Of a stretch of DNA of 64,000 bases, positions 1-12,676 are shown piece after piece. Origin of the DNA: Owenia fusiformis (taxonomy: Eukaryota); NCBI GenBank assembly GCA_903813345.2, contig CAIIXF020000001.1:5766001-5830000 (forward strand), written 5' to 3'. Below the pieces are notes generated by a model that was given only the letters and a program-made list of their open reading frames with translations, made no database searches and was not told where the DNA came from. How positions within the stretch are numbered: the first letter of the stretch is position 1; each line of letters begins with the position of its first letter. The position numbers and the translations under genes were made by a program.

Positions 1-699
1 TTTTGGATAGAGGCATTCTGTTTGCAACATATTGCTGTTTTGTGGATGAATTTTTTTCTATTGCAAATTAAAGCAAAAATGCTCATTTCTAATGCATTGA
101 CCGTAGTATTCATTTTTGATGGGACTCGAGCCTTTTGAAGCCCTTTGAAGCCGTCAAATCTGTGATGCACTCTGCCCTGTTTCAAAAATAATGCAACTCT
201 AGCATGAAACTAAAGTTTAAAATAAAGGCAAATGAGTTAATTGTTTGAACATTTGAAACGGAGACATTTCAGGGTTTCGGTTAAGCACTGCCTTAGAAAT
301 CCAGTTCAACAGTCTGAGTCTAACAGAGGTGTGCCAAAAGGCAACAAGGCCATCAGAGGAACGTTTGGCTAACATCTTCTTTGTCAGACTCTATTTTCTT
401 GAAATGTTCGGACATGCCTATTTCAGCATTTAGAAATGTGAATCAGTTTAAAGTTTCCATAAGAGGAAGCCCACTTATACAATGCGTATCAAAAAAAATC
501 GACACCGTGGCACTTAGGCGACAGGGGAACTGTGTATTGGAAGCTTGGTGCAGAAGAGGTGGTTTAAAAATCACTAAGGAGCGCATTTTACATGCATTTG
601 TATTGTAATTGTAAATAGACTTTGTGTACAATTCGATATATTGTAAGTATTTCCGGAGATGACCAATCAAGGTGCAGTTTTTTTTCATAAAGACATTAA

Positions 700-1301
700 A
701 GGAATATTCCTTGCCAAACCATCTCTCTCCTCATATGGTAGCTATAACCATATGTATGCTTGCCATGTTTAGCAAAACATGCAAAAATGTTTTGATATGG
801 TCAAATTTGATCACTTAGAAATGTGATGCTCAATTCCAGTAAGCTGCCATCTTTTAAAATTTCACACAGGAAGTGATGTCATCGACTCTCAACTTTGCAT
901 ATAGAATTAGGTGAGGAGCTATTAAGAATTACAAAACCAGCTAAATATTCTTTTTCAACTTTGTATCTTATTTAATCCTTCTGAAAGTCTCTTCTTTTAT
1001 TCTAAGTTGACAAGCCCTGAAAATATTTTTGCACAGAAAGTAATGATCACTTGTCTAGAAGTAATTTTGTGCTACTTTCCCATACTGTTATGGGCAAGGT
1101 TATAGAAGTTGAGAGTTGATGACATCACTTCCTGCAAGAAATCTTAAAAGATGGCAGCTCACTGGAAATAAGCACTAGATTTTTAAATGATCAATATTGA
1201 CCATATTAAAACATTTTCCCATGTTTTGCTAAATATGGAAACTATATATATGATTATAGCTACCATATCAAGAGAGTAAGGGTCTGGCAAGGAATATTCC
1301 T
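700..1301. mobile_element. Palindromic MITE with TTAA TSD and AGG termini (Kolobok-like)
   Basis: TTAA|AGGAATATTCCTTGCCA...TGGCAAGGAATATTCCT|TTAA; arms about 200 bp. Confidence 0.85.
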
Positions 1302-2388
1302 TTAAGAAAACTTCATAAATTATTTTTTAACTCATATGTTTCGTTATTCCAAAATAAATTAACTTCTCCATGCAACATGTGCAATGGGTACTTATAACAT
1401 TTGCGGATGACCTACACTTCTGTTTGAAGTCAAATAATGCTAGGCTTAAAAGTTATTGAAAACGGCGCTAGAGTAGGCCTAAAAACTGCTCCATCAAGCT
1501 GGACAAAAAAGTAAACATAAACATTTTCTATAAAAAGTAAAAAGACCCAATACATCTAGATCTCTGTGAAGTTTTCTTAGTGTTTTTATGAAAAATAGTA
1601 TGCTCTATCAAGCTGGACAAAATTTTCGATGGCAACTTCATTTCCTATACCTCTAAATCTTTTCCTCAATTACAATAGGTCGAAAATTGACGACTTTGAT
1701 GAATTTTTGAAAATCGTCATTCCAATGTATACCAATGGGAAATGGTGGGTTCGGGGCAAATCAGAATTCAGGATATCTATTCAAGAAAACATCTATCAAA
1801 AATTATTTTCATATAAAAAAATTAAATTTTCTAACTTTTTTCATGCTAAGTGTTAAGATAAATGTGTGAACATTAAAGTTACAGGGCTACAAAGTCAATT
1901 ATGGAAATCATTTTTCACATCCTTTGTTATTTCTATGGGAGAGGTTTCTTGAAAATTATTTTGACTTCTTGGAGACCTATAACTTTTTTAAACCAGAAGA
2001 AACACTAAAGTGAACAAATTAAATTGTCTACTTAACTTGTATTTTAGGAGAGAACTCGGATCGATGTTTACACGGGATTGTCGATTTTTAAAAATTCATC
2101 AAAGTCATTAATTTTTGACTTATTGAGAATAGAGACTTATTGACTTATTGAGAAGGATGAGAGTCTTTAAGACTTATATTAGCCCCCAAAATATTTAGAA
2201 TAAATTGTACAGCATATAAAAAGTGGGGAAGCACACGGGCAACATTGGAAAACACATTAAATGCATATCAAACTATTGAATGTTGATCTTGAGATCAATT
2301 GTCCACGAGCAGTTTGCAAAAATATGTCAGAAAAGAATATAAATGCATATCAATCAATTATATCTGCGTTATTAAGATCATTTGCGAA

Positions 2389-2503
2389 TAAAGCTAAGAT
2401 AACAAAAACGGCGTTTGATGGGGCTTTAATGCGACGTGCAAGGCGGCTTTACACGCTGCTTTAAAGCGCCATCAAGGCGCCGTTGGTGTGAACTTAGCTT
2501 TAA
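2389..2503. mobile_element. Small hairpin MITE inserted in a tandem repeat of about 175 bp (about 2230-2830)
   Basis: TAAAGCTAAG..AACGGCG..TTGATGG mirrors CCATCAAGGCGCCGTT..CTTAGCTTTA; the neighbouring repeat unit shows the empty site. Confidence 0.7.
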
Positions 2504-5500
2504 CAGTTTGCATTAAAGCGGCAGTAAAATACTGAATTTATTATTTTACATCACAGTGAGAAAGAACAAGGGGCTACATAGAAAAACACATTAAGTAATT
2601 ATCAAGTCAAAAATGCATATCAATCAATTATATACTGATTTGCTTTATTGAGATCAGTTGCTCATAAACAATTTGCATTAAAGCGGCAGTAAAACAATGA
2701 ATTTATAATTTTACATCACAGTGAGAAAGAACAACGGGCAACATTGAAAAACACATTAAGTAATTAACAGGTCAAAAATGCATATTACTCAATTATATAC
2801 TCATCTGCGTTATACTGAATACTTTATACTGAATTTATTATTTTATTATCTACCCATGTATAGCGAGATTTGGAGGACACAAACCTTGACTGGAAATTTT
2901 GTTACTATAAAGCATGGTGGTCTATCTGTCATTCTGCTTGTCTTGACATTTCCTAGACAATTTGACATTGGGCCCTCATACTTGGTCAACATACTTAATG
3001 GGTCAGTGGGCACTCTACAAAGGTCAGAGGTCATTCCAAGGTTAAAGGTCAATATCTAGATGTTTGGCTCTTTAATACCCTTGGTCTATGCTGTGATCCT
3101 GTGATCTGAGGTCAGGGTCATTCCAAAGTCAAATGTCAATATCTAGGTATTTGGTGTTTTAAGACCCCAGGGGGCTGCTGTGACCCTTGGGGACCCATGA
3201 TTAGGTGACCTAAGGTCAATGTTATATTGGTCAAGGTCATCTCAAGGCCAAATGTCAATATCTTAGTATTTGGCAATTTTAAGGCACTTGAATGATACTG
3301 TGACACTTGGCGACTCATGATTAGGTTATGTGAGGTTGAAGTTTCAAGGCCTTTGGAGAAGCTCGCCTCAAATCAAAGATCAGTCAAGGTCAAACGATCA
3401 TTATACAGGCATTTTATAGGGGCCACTGCAATGTGGGGCCTGGTATGACCCTTGGTGAGCCTGATACTATTCATTGACAAAACTGCCACCTGCCACATGG
3501 ACAACTCTTGGGCTTTCCCACCAAAAAACTATTATTTTGGGAATTAAGTTCATCTTAATAATCTGAAAAATTCTTGGAACTGTACAAATTCACGTCCCTT
3601 GTAAAAAAAACATGTAACTTGAAACAAAAGATGCCAACAACCAAGTATAAACAACAATCTTCTAATGCAAACTTGGTTCGGGACAGATAATGTATACCCT
3701 CTCTCCCCTCAAAAAGATAACAAACAGATGCAGGTACAATTAAAGGCCTAGAAGTAAGGTTTATGAGGTTGAAAGATTTTCCTAAATACAATTCCATGTA
3801 ATTTCACACCTGCTTAAAACAAACGCAACTAAAACTCCTAAAATTCAACAAAACACCAATGTATATGTTTTATATTAAATCTGTTATATTGTACCAGTGG
3901 TATGGCTGTGACCATGCAGGAGTGCTACAACACACATCATCATATGGCAGTAAAGCACAATGGTTATTTCAATTATTTGATTTCATTTATTTTAACTTAC
4001 TGAGAATAAAATTGAAAATTTAGCAAATGCGTCATTCAAATGGACAGCAATCTTTTCTTCATTCTAGATGATACATCTATGTTGTACATAATTCATCATT
4101 AAAAAGAAACAATATAGAGATAAATGGATCCGTCAAAGGAAAATAATATATATAAGCTACAATTTTCTCATACTAGTCTCGCTACAAGCCCCTGTGAAAC
4201 ACTCCACTATACATCGCCCCAATGTGAAAAGGTGTTCGGGAGGGGGTCACAGGGCTTGTAGCTAGCCTATTCTCCTACATTCATTTGGGCATACATAAAA
4301 CAATGACATAGAATATGAAACTTAACATAACATTAATTAAAATTGTTTCCTTATATTGTTGGACCAGCATATTGGACCCAAAGGAACTATAAACAACAAT
4401 ATATATTTCCACATGTTGCATCTGTTAAATGACTATATCTGAGCATACCATATGTACAAAATATCACATAATAATGTAAATTTCTCCAGTGAAATTGTGA
4501 CATACATGTACAGTATTATAAAATTAGAAAATAACATATTTGAACAATAGTTTCAAAAAACAAATCAAATGCTCTAATAACAGTGTTATGGTGATAGCTA
4601 AAGTGTTAATCATAAAATATGCAGATTGACAAAAACTTCCAGTAAGTCATCTTGTGATACCTCATTATAGTATTTCTCAATGTAACACTTATGTGTTAAC
4701 ATTACAACATTACAAGACATGGGTGTATGTAGGGTGGGTTGTGGGGCTCACGTGAATCCCCTTCCTTTTGCCTAGAACCCCCATTTTGTTATAAAACAAT
4801 ACCCTTTTCTGAAAGATCAACGATTCCCAGGCCGAGAATGAATCCCACTCTCACAAAGATGACTTTTTTGCGCTACTATGAATCACACATTTATACTGGC
4901 TACTTGATGACACGCATCAGTATTCCATAATTTGATTGGTTAGTTGAAACTGTTCCCTTCGAGTGAACCCCTCTTTTGTTATAAAGCTAACCCCCCTTGA
5001 TAAATCCTGGCAAGAAACTAGGATGAACAAGCAAGAACTAGCATTTACTTAGTAGGGGTGGTTGAAACTGGAATACTATCGTGTATCATGTATATTGATC
5101 ATATATTACTGAATTTCAAATATAAGCAAAAAAGGATTCAAGAAAAGGTGATATGCAAATCCAAAATCAACCTTTTATCAATGAAATAATCAACGAGATT
5201 CGCTATAATAAAATACAATGCATGCATGTAAGTACATAATGATTATCTGGATATATACTGTACAATCTTATACAAAACTCATCTATTTTTAAGCTAAGCT
5301 ACTTACAAATATATAGCAGGCAAAATATGTATGGCAATTTATCATAATAGTCAAAATATATCAGGCAATTCTTATCAAGCAAAATACAATGTTTATCTGG
5401 CAAAATATATGAAAGCCTAAATTTATTGGTTCATATACAATCGTAAATGTCTAGTGCAATACTGTTTGAATTTAATTTAGATTCTTAGATGTTGACTGAA

Positions 5501-6175
5501 GGCAAAAGGTTCTAGGTTTACATTGCTTAAACCCCAAGATATTAATTAAAAACTGGTAAGAAAATCAGTTGATTGTGAGGCAAGATATAGCAAAGACCAG
5601 GTGTCATTAATCAAATAACTGATTATTTGAGAGCTACAGCCATAATTTCCACATTCACATTCCAATGGGATATACATGAACTCTTATCATAATCGGTAAT
5701 TAATTTTAAGTGTCAGCTATAAGTAGGATCATGTTTAATTCTCACTTTTTCTATACTTACTTAAGAAAAACTCATCAAACATCAATTTTCATGATTTCCC
5801 AATGTTCAAATGGCTGAAAGGCATGAAATAGCATTTCCAATGTAACTATAATGCTCAAATTCTCAATTTGGTGCGGCACTCAAAGCTCCGTGAACATGTT
5901 TTTCATTTAGGTCTAAACAGATATTACTGGCTTATGATCCAATAACTATTGAGGAATAATTTTCTTAGGATTTATTACTAACACTACTTTCGTGTTATGT
6001 ATGTTGAATTTTAGAAATCAGCACATGCTCATGTCTGTCTTTTCATTGTGCTAAATTGAGCATAATGGCACTACTGCAGATATGGTATATGATAGCTCAT
6101 GGAGGCTATTTCTAGTAATACTAAGAGTTTATTGTACATATTTTAATTGGACTGTGTACATTTATAATACATTAA

Positions 6176-6799
6176 AGTCCCCATATAAAGTTTGAACCAC
6201 TTTGGCTTATATTGTAGTCTTACCCAATGTTATCAAAGTCTTATATGTGATTTCAAAAAGTGGTTTTTGAAGGACTTTTTGTTCGAAAAATCGTGAATCC
6301 TTATAAAACTAACTTTTTTTTAGTTCTCATTGAAACCAATGGCACAATAATATCTAAGACATAATATATTCTTCCTTATAACCTGGTTAGACAATCAATA
6401 TTGATTTAATTTTGAAGTTTAGCATATTTAGAAAAGATTGATTATTTTTTTCAAATCTTTTTTTGCCCCCTGAGTGAGTCATCGATGACATCACTCAGGT
6501 TGCAAAATATTTTTGATATGCTAAAACATTGAAGTGGCACATTAGATATGGCATTTTATTATTGAAATAGTGTGTCCTTTGTTCAATGTTTGCATAGGTG
6601 TTAAAAATATAATCTTTTTTGAAATGTATGGTGGAATATTTGATGATTAAAAAATTTCAACTTTTTTTTGAAAAATGGCGGGAAATTTGAATATTTGAGA
6701 AATGAAAAGCTGACAACTTTCTTTTTCAAAAAATCTCTAAAATGACAAATAGTAAATGAATGATAATAAAAACATATTTTCAAACATTACACGGGGACT
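6176..6799. mobile_element. Non-autonomous DNA transposon with TTAA TSD (Kolobok-like) just 3' of the EFHD stop
   Basis: TTAA|AGTCCCCATATAAAGTTTGA...TCAAACATTACACGGGGACT|TTAA. Confidence 0.75.
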
Positions 6800-6870
6800 T
6801 TAAACAACAGAAGGGACATAGAGATTTGATTAGGGACTGTTGATATCACATTTCAATATTCCCATATGGT

Positions 6871-7026
6871 TTATTTCCCTGCATTGACAATTTCTGCTGC
6901 AAAAAAGTTTGCCTTGTCCTTAAATGCTGCTTGCTTCTCAGCCTTCATTTGTTGCTCTATGCGTTTTTCCTCTTGCTCTGCTTTAATTTCAGCCTCAAAT
7001 TTAGAATCAATGGTCAGTTTGTTAAT
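6871..7026 (-). CDS. EFHD2: EFHD exon 4 (coiled coil, stop)
   Basis: INKLTIDSKFEAEIKAEQEEKR...AGK*. Confidence 0.92.
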   Translation of the reverse strand: MNKLTIDSKFEAEIKAEQEEKRIEQQMKAEKQAAFKDKANFFAAEIVNAGK

Positions 7027-10000
7027 CTGAAATAAAATCACTGTCACTGTCACATAAGATAAGATGGTACTTTATTGTTCCGTATCTCCTTCTGGAGTAT
7101 TGGTCATTTACAATAAAGAAACATGCATACATAAAATAAAGGTATAATATATATGGTTGTTTACAATGAGGAAACATGCATACAAAGACACAAAAGGTAT
7201 AGTAAAATTTATGAGCAGTATATAAATGAGATAATCATATTGCTTGCTTACTTGGCATCACCTTTCTTTTGGAACCATTTCGGTAAATCATTTTTATTTC
7301 TCAGTATTTTATGAGTGTCAACAGTAAGGTTCATTTTGTTTAGGAATTCACCCCATGGATTCATTAGTTCATTATCGTGGCTCATAAGTAAATAACTAAA
7401 TAGCTGTTTGTTATTAAATTGTATAAACTGTTCTTTAACCTGTCTTATAACATACCTATGATGATGTATAGTGCAAAGTGTACACAAGACAGCGGGCCAA
7501 TATAAGTTTTGAAAAGCCCGCGCCCGCTAACTTTCTGATTGGTCAAGGCGCTGACGTCATAACCAATCAATCGAAGATAAAACTGCGCGAGCAATTTTTC
7601 TAAACTCATTTCAATCATTTTCAAACAATTTGTTTGTCAATTCTATAAGAAAACGGTACTCTCTGACCAGTCTACATCATCATAGGTATGTTATAAATCG
7701 TTTATGTCACTATCGTGGCACATATGCCCTCGGTTCTCAGAGATCAATGTCCCTCCCAAGGTCGGGCCATATATCACTGACACCTCGGGCATATATGCTA
7801 CGATAGTGACATAACCTCTAATTATACCAAAAATAAAGTCTTTACGTATATTTATAAGTTTTTCATAGTTGCATTCGAAAAGTACATGGTACTCATCACC
7901 AATTTGTGTCACACATGTTGTTAAATAAGAAATGACATCTAAATGCAGCTTAAATAGTATGATATTTATATCCATAAAACTCTTGGTATATTTTCGCCTA
8001 AAAAAGCTTAAAATTATTCCAGACTATTAACTTGGGCTTATTCAATGAAAGTGCAGATTAGTTGGACCATGTTACAAAGTGTTTTTTATAATCTCCTGAG
8101 ACATTGATAATTTTGCTAAAATAAAATATGAAAAAAAACCATGAAATAGTTGTCACCTTTGATTCAAAGAAACTCTTCGCTCCTCCCACACCCTCTGCGT
8201 GGACATCAATCTCTTCCATGTTGCTATAGAGATCCAACAAGCCACTCCCCTCTTCTAGCTCTCCTGCAGCTGCCTTGCGGAATATCAGCAAGAACTGAAA
8301 CCAAAACATTAAACTTATTACATGTCTACTAACATGTATGCATACTAAGCAGAGCCAGGCATTTTCTATTGACTGAAAAGGTAAGAGATGTACATTAAGC
8401 TAATGCAGAACATTCATCGGGTTTTGTTAATGAAGTTGGAGTAAAAACAGGCTCTCGAAGATCACTCTTTAAAAGGAAGAGGTCATGGTATGATAAATGC
8501 CAAACACAACTTATCTTTCTAAACTGATTAATAATCAATTAGATTCAAATTTTTCATCATGAACTTTTGTTCTGAATGGATACATAGTACCCCGGACAGC
8601 CACTTAATAATCAATTTATATCTCTGACTATCCTTTTTTAAATTTAGCAAAGGAACGATTTAAATACAGTATATACTACATTTATGGTAGAACGATAGAA
8701 CAATATTCAAATTGTTAAACAAATGCTTCAAGAGAGAAGATCTGCATAAGGCTGACTGGAAATATGTTTTATTTGATTTGTGATTCAGATCCTTTAAGGA
8801 TTATTCATAAAGTCTGGAGATCTCTGATGACTCAAAGGATGAGTACAGTAAAACATGTATAGAGGTTATTTAATGGGAGGTTTTTGATACAGGATATATC
8901 TGAGGGGAATACAATATATATACAATATATCAACCTGAGGTACCAAGGGTTGATATATCGTATTTACCGAGGGATATACCCTGTTTCAAAAATCGAGCAT
9001 TTAATAACTGATTTATTCTATACTTAGTAGATTTGGACATTACAAATCACAATACCCTCCCAACCTTACTTGCTTAGTGACATACCTCTTTGAAACTGAT
9101 TTTATTATCGTTGTCCTCATCTACTTCCTTTATCATAGCCTTTAGCGCCAAGTGTGTTTGTGGTACCCCAAGTTTCTCCATCATTACCTTCAGCTCATCA
9201 AAGTCAATGAATTTATCTTTCTTTGTGTCATACCTGAAATGCATATAATGTTCTTACATAAGCAATTTGTTTGATATTAGTTTCAAATAAATTCAATGTA
9301 TGTTTGCTTTTTATTTGAGTATTACATGTTTGTTTTTGGTTTGTTTACTTCATTAAAATTTGTATATATGGGAGGTGAATAGCGAAAAAGTGATTTTCAG
9401 CAACAAAAATGGCAGCCATTTTTAATATAGATAAAGGATAGAAAGAAGTGCAAGAGAGAACTCTTACAAACAGCTCTAATACAACTGCTGATAAATGTAA
9501 GGCTGTTCTTAATCACAGCTTCATATATCACAGAGTTTCATGTGAAACTCAGTACAACTTTACTTCATATCACTATGGTTATTTCAATAGCAGGGCAACA
9601 CTGTTCTTCAACATAGAAATAAAAAGAGATAGATTCAAGATGATACATGTACTTTCTCCAATTCTCAAATAACAAGACCCAAAATGACAGCTCATGATAC
9701 TTTTTCTAGCAGTTGCTTTTTTAATCTTAATAACATTTAATCATCGAGGAAAATTATTTGAAAAAGCCCATGGTAAAACATGAACAAAAGATAACCCATC
9801 TTTTTCTTTTATTGCTCGCGATGTCAGTGGGAACCATGGGGCTCAGATAGTACCCGTGAATATGTACTGCTGTGCACAGTAATGACAGTGTACTGTGCAA
9901 GCAATTGCACTCTACTGCACTCTACTGTACTCTATTGCACTACTCATTCACTGCTGTTTTAGCCTATATCATGCTTCAGGGTAAACCTTAATTAAATTGC

Positions 10001-12394
10001 TTATTTATTTGCACCAAACACAGGTAAAGCACCTTATATGGGGTGAAGGATAGACTAGCACATGGTCAAAGTGACACATAATCAGTTGTAAACATTTGTT
10101 TAGATATCTTGCTATCTTATTAACCATGTAAACAAGCATGTGGGTTGGTTGATCACTTACAGGTAACCAGTATAAACACAAGCCACATTATCCATATCTA
10201 GACGTATCACCTATTAGCTACGTATCTGATATCAGGAGTTGGTGTTTCCTGTATACAATGATTAATCACATACACAGGTGAACTTATGAGGAAGTTTCAA
10301 TTCCCTGAGGCAATAAGTCATAAAATACTTCCCCTAATAACTGTCAGTAAACTAACTGACAATAGCTGTGTAACAAGCATAAATGAAGTATCATCACCTT
10401 GGCTATTTTTGGTATCACAGTGCCTATAGAATGCAATAACTACAAACCCCATACTCCAAAAGCATAACTCCTAAACCTAATCCTCGGAAATCTTAAACAC
10501 TGAAACCCAAAAATCCAAAACGCAATTTTCCTAAACCCATGACTCTGATACCTGATCCTAGGAAATCTTAAACTCAAAATCAAAAAATCAAAAACCTACA
10601 ACTTCTAAACCCATAACTTTAAAACCTAATCTTAAACTTCGAACTCAATACTCTAAAAACAGGACTCAGTACTCCAAAAATATTCATACACTTACAGACA
10701 GATAAATTTTACATTGAGAATGAGCTGACTTATTTTAGCTTTTGACTTTGGAGCAACATTGTCAGGAACAGGCAATGTTAACGTGTGACTCCAAATGAAG
10801 TTAAAACACCACTGAATCATACCAGTTGATTTAGTCATCTATTTTTATTACTCAAATTAAATGAAAACAATTAAAAGATAAGCAAGAGATTTTTCACTCA
10901 AAATTTGCAGCCGATACTGGAGATGCAGGCAGTGATGTAACAAACATGTAAAATAAGGCTTCTGTTGGCTGAATAGTAGCTTATCCAATTTTAAATTATG
11001 ATCATTTTAAAAGAGTGGTTTGAGACAGTCCATGAGTACCTTCTCAATTTAAATATGACTTTCTCATTAACACAATATGTTTTCTTTCAATTAAATTCTC
11101 AAGAATAACTAGAAAACAGCAACACCAAAGCGTAGCGAATCCCATCGAACAGCCATGGCTGGCATTTTTACAAAGTATATAGCAAAAATGGCAGCCATTT
11201 TTCAAAATGGTCACTTTCTACCAAAAGTGTAATTAGACAGTGTGCCATGCTTATAGTATTCACATACAAAATATGAACAAAATCGCTGCACTACTTTTCG
11301 AGTTACAGTAAAATATGTTTAAATTGTGGCCATTTTTCAAAAGGGCCGCCTTCTACCAAAAGTGCGATTAGACAGTGTGCCATGCTTATAGTATTCACAT
11401 AACAAATATGAACAAAATCGCTCTACTACTTTTTGAGTTATAGTAAAATATGTTAAAATGGCGGCCATTTATTAAAATAGCCGCCATTTTTAAATGAGTG
11501 GCTATTTTGAAAATCAGCTTTCGAGCAGAACTTCTACCCCCATAAAGTATATGTGTTCAAAGTATGAACAAAATCGGGCCAACAGTATTTGAGTAATTGC
11601 CCAGATGGACGGATGGACGGACGGATGCGTTCCCCATATCCCTCCGAACTTTTACCATGTGCATAGCAGCCAGGGACGCTAACCACTACACTAACAGTAA
11701 ATGAAATGAATAATAGTGAAAGCAGTGGATTTATTTTTGAAAATTTCAGTCCTCTATCTTGTTGATTGTCGATACCCAAGCGAATACTCACTGGGCAGTC
11801 TCTAGTCGGTGCGGGAGACAATCCGTATTTTTTAGGTTTTACTGACGCAATAAAACAGTGAAATGGACTCTACTTGTGTATTGAAATTTTGCGGTTGAAA
11901 AACATTGTCAGTTGTTGACACAACAATGAATTTTATCTACTTGTAAATAACAACCAACCCAGCTTATTTTCAACTGCAAGATTTCAATACACAAATAGTT
12001 GTGGGTGATATGAAAAATTAACTCCACATTTTAATTTTTACCTATAGATCTAGTCTAGACTATAGGTGGCACTCTGTTAGATTCACTGAAAGCTAAGTAC
12101 TCACTTGTTGAATGTTTTTTGAAAGTCGATAATCTGTTTTCTTGTGAATTCCTTGAACTCAGTGTAGGGGTTAAATACTTGCGTTGAAGGTAACACTTTT
12201 TCAACGTCACCTCCATCCTCCAAAGTATCAATAATTTGATTTCGTCGCTGCAATTTGTTGGAAAGTTCTGAAGATGTTTCGGAATTTTCAGTTGTCGCTT
12301 TTGATCCAATATTCAAGTCAACTTCATCCTCTGTCTTCTCCTCATTCAATTGACAGCGCCTCTGTAGTTTTTTGGCAAGCTCATCTGAGGCCAT
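6871..12394 (-). CDS. EFHD2: EF-hand domain-containing protein D (swiprosin-1/EFHD1/2 family), 4 exons, 243 aa
   Basis: Exons 12394-12105, 9233-9086, 8294-8157 and 7026-6871 have GT-AG boundaries and consistent phases (732 nt). Motifs MASDELAKKLQRR, VFNPYTEFKEFTRKQI, two EF hands, IDVHAEGVGGAKSFFESK, SKFEAEIKAEQEE and AAFKDKA are characteristic of swiprosin-1. Confidence 0.93.
7248..7930 (-). pseudogene. Decayed LINE 3' fragment interrupted by a repeat insertion of about 340 bp (about 7490-7830)
   Basis: CVTQIGDEYHVLFEC..IRKDFI is typical of LINE ORF2 C-termini; a coding-like frame resumes at 7487-7248. Confidence 0.5.
8157..8294 (-). CDS. EFHD2: EFHD exon 3
   Basis: FLLIFRKAAAGELEE...GAKSFFESK with AG/GT boundaries. 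Confidence 0.93.
9086..9233 (-). CDS. EFHD2: EFHD exon 2 (EF hands)
   Basis: Not in the ORF track. Reads YDTKKDKFIDFDELKVMMEKLGVPQTHLALKAMIKEVDEDNDNKISFKE between AG and GT. Confidence 0.93.
10435..10680. repeat. Degenerate C/A-rich short tandem repeat (CTAAACC-like)
   Basis: Recurring CTAAACCC/AAACCTAATCC/GGAAATCTTAAAC units. Confidence 0.55.
11107..11685 (+). mobile_element. HINE/Helentron-like non-autonomous element
   Basis: AACTAG start, internal tandem repeats of about 135 bp, (GGAC/GGAT)n microsatellite, then a short 3' stem. Related remnants near 20050-20185, 22100-22215, 24535-25060 and 26980-27175. Family call is inference. Confidence 0.55.
12105..12394 (-). CDS. EFHD2: EFHD exon 1
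   Basis: ATG at 12394 to FQKTFN, donor GTGAG, phase 2. Confidence 0.92.
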
Positions 12395-12455
12395 TTCTAA
12401 TTATAAAGCTCAGATTAACTGGCTAAATCTGGCTGCAAATTTGGTAGATGTAGAA

Positions 12456-12676
12456 GAGGAAGTGATTAATATGGAACATGAATTCCCCAGAAATTTATCA
12501 CATGACCAGTAGTCTAATGACGTCATTTTTAATGGTAATAGGCAAGAGGGGAATTCCCCAGAGTTCAGAGATGACCTATCTTCAATGCAGAAGAATTAAA
12601 ATTTCCTTGTAAAAATAAATCTTTAATTAGTGATAGTTTATATGAATTTTTTTGCTATGTGTGAAAAGATGAGTCA
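12456..12676. promoter_or_regulatory. Candidate EFHD promoter cluster: ETS, CRE, NF-kB and AP-1 motifs
   Basis: GAGGAAGTGA 12456-12465, TGACGTCA 12518-12525, GGGGAATTCCCC 12548-12559 and TGAGTCA 12670-12676, all 60-280 bp upstream of the ATG. Confidence 0.55.

Noticed and set aside
10435..10680. Interstitial telomere
   Set aside because: The repeat is too degenerate and is not (TTAGGG)n.
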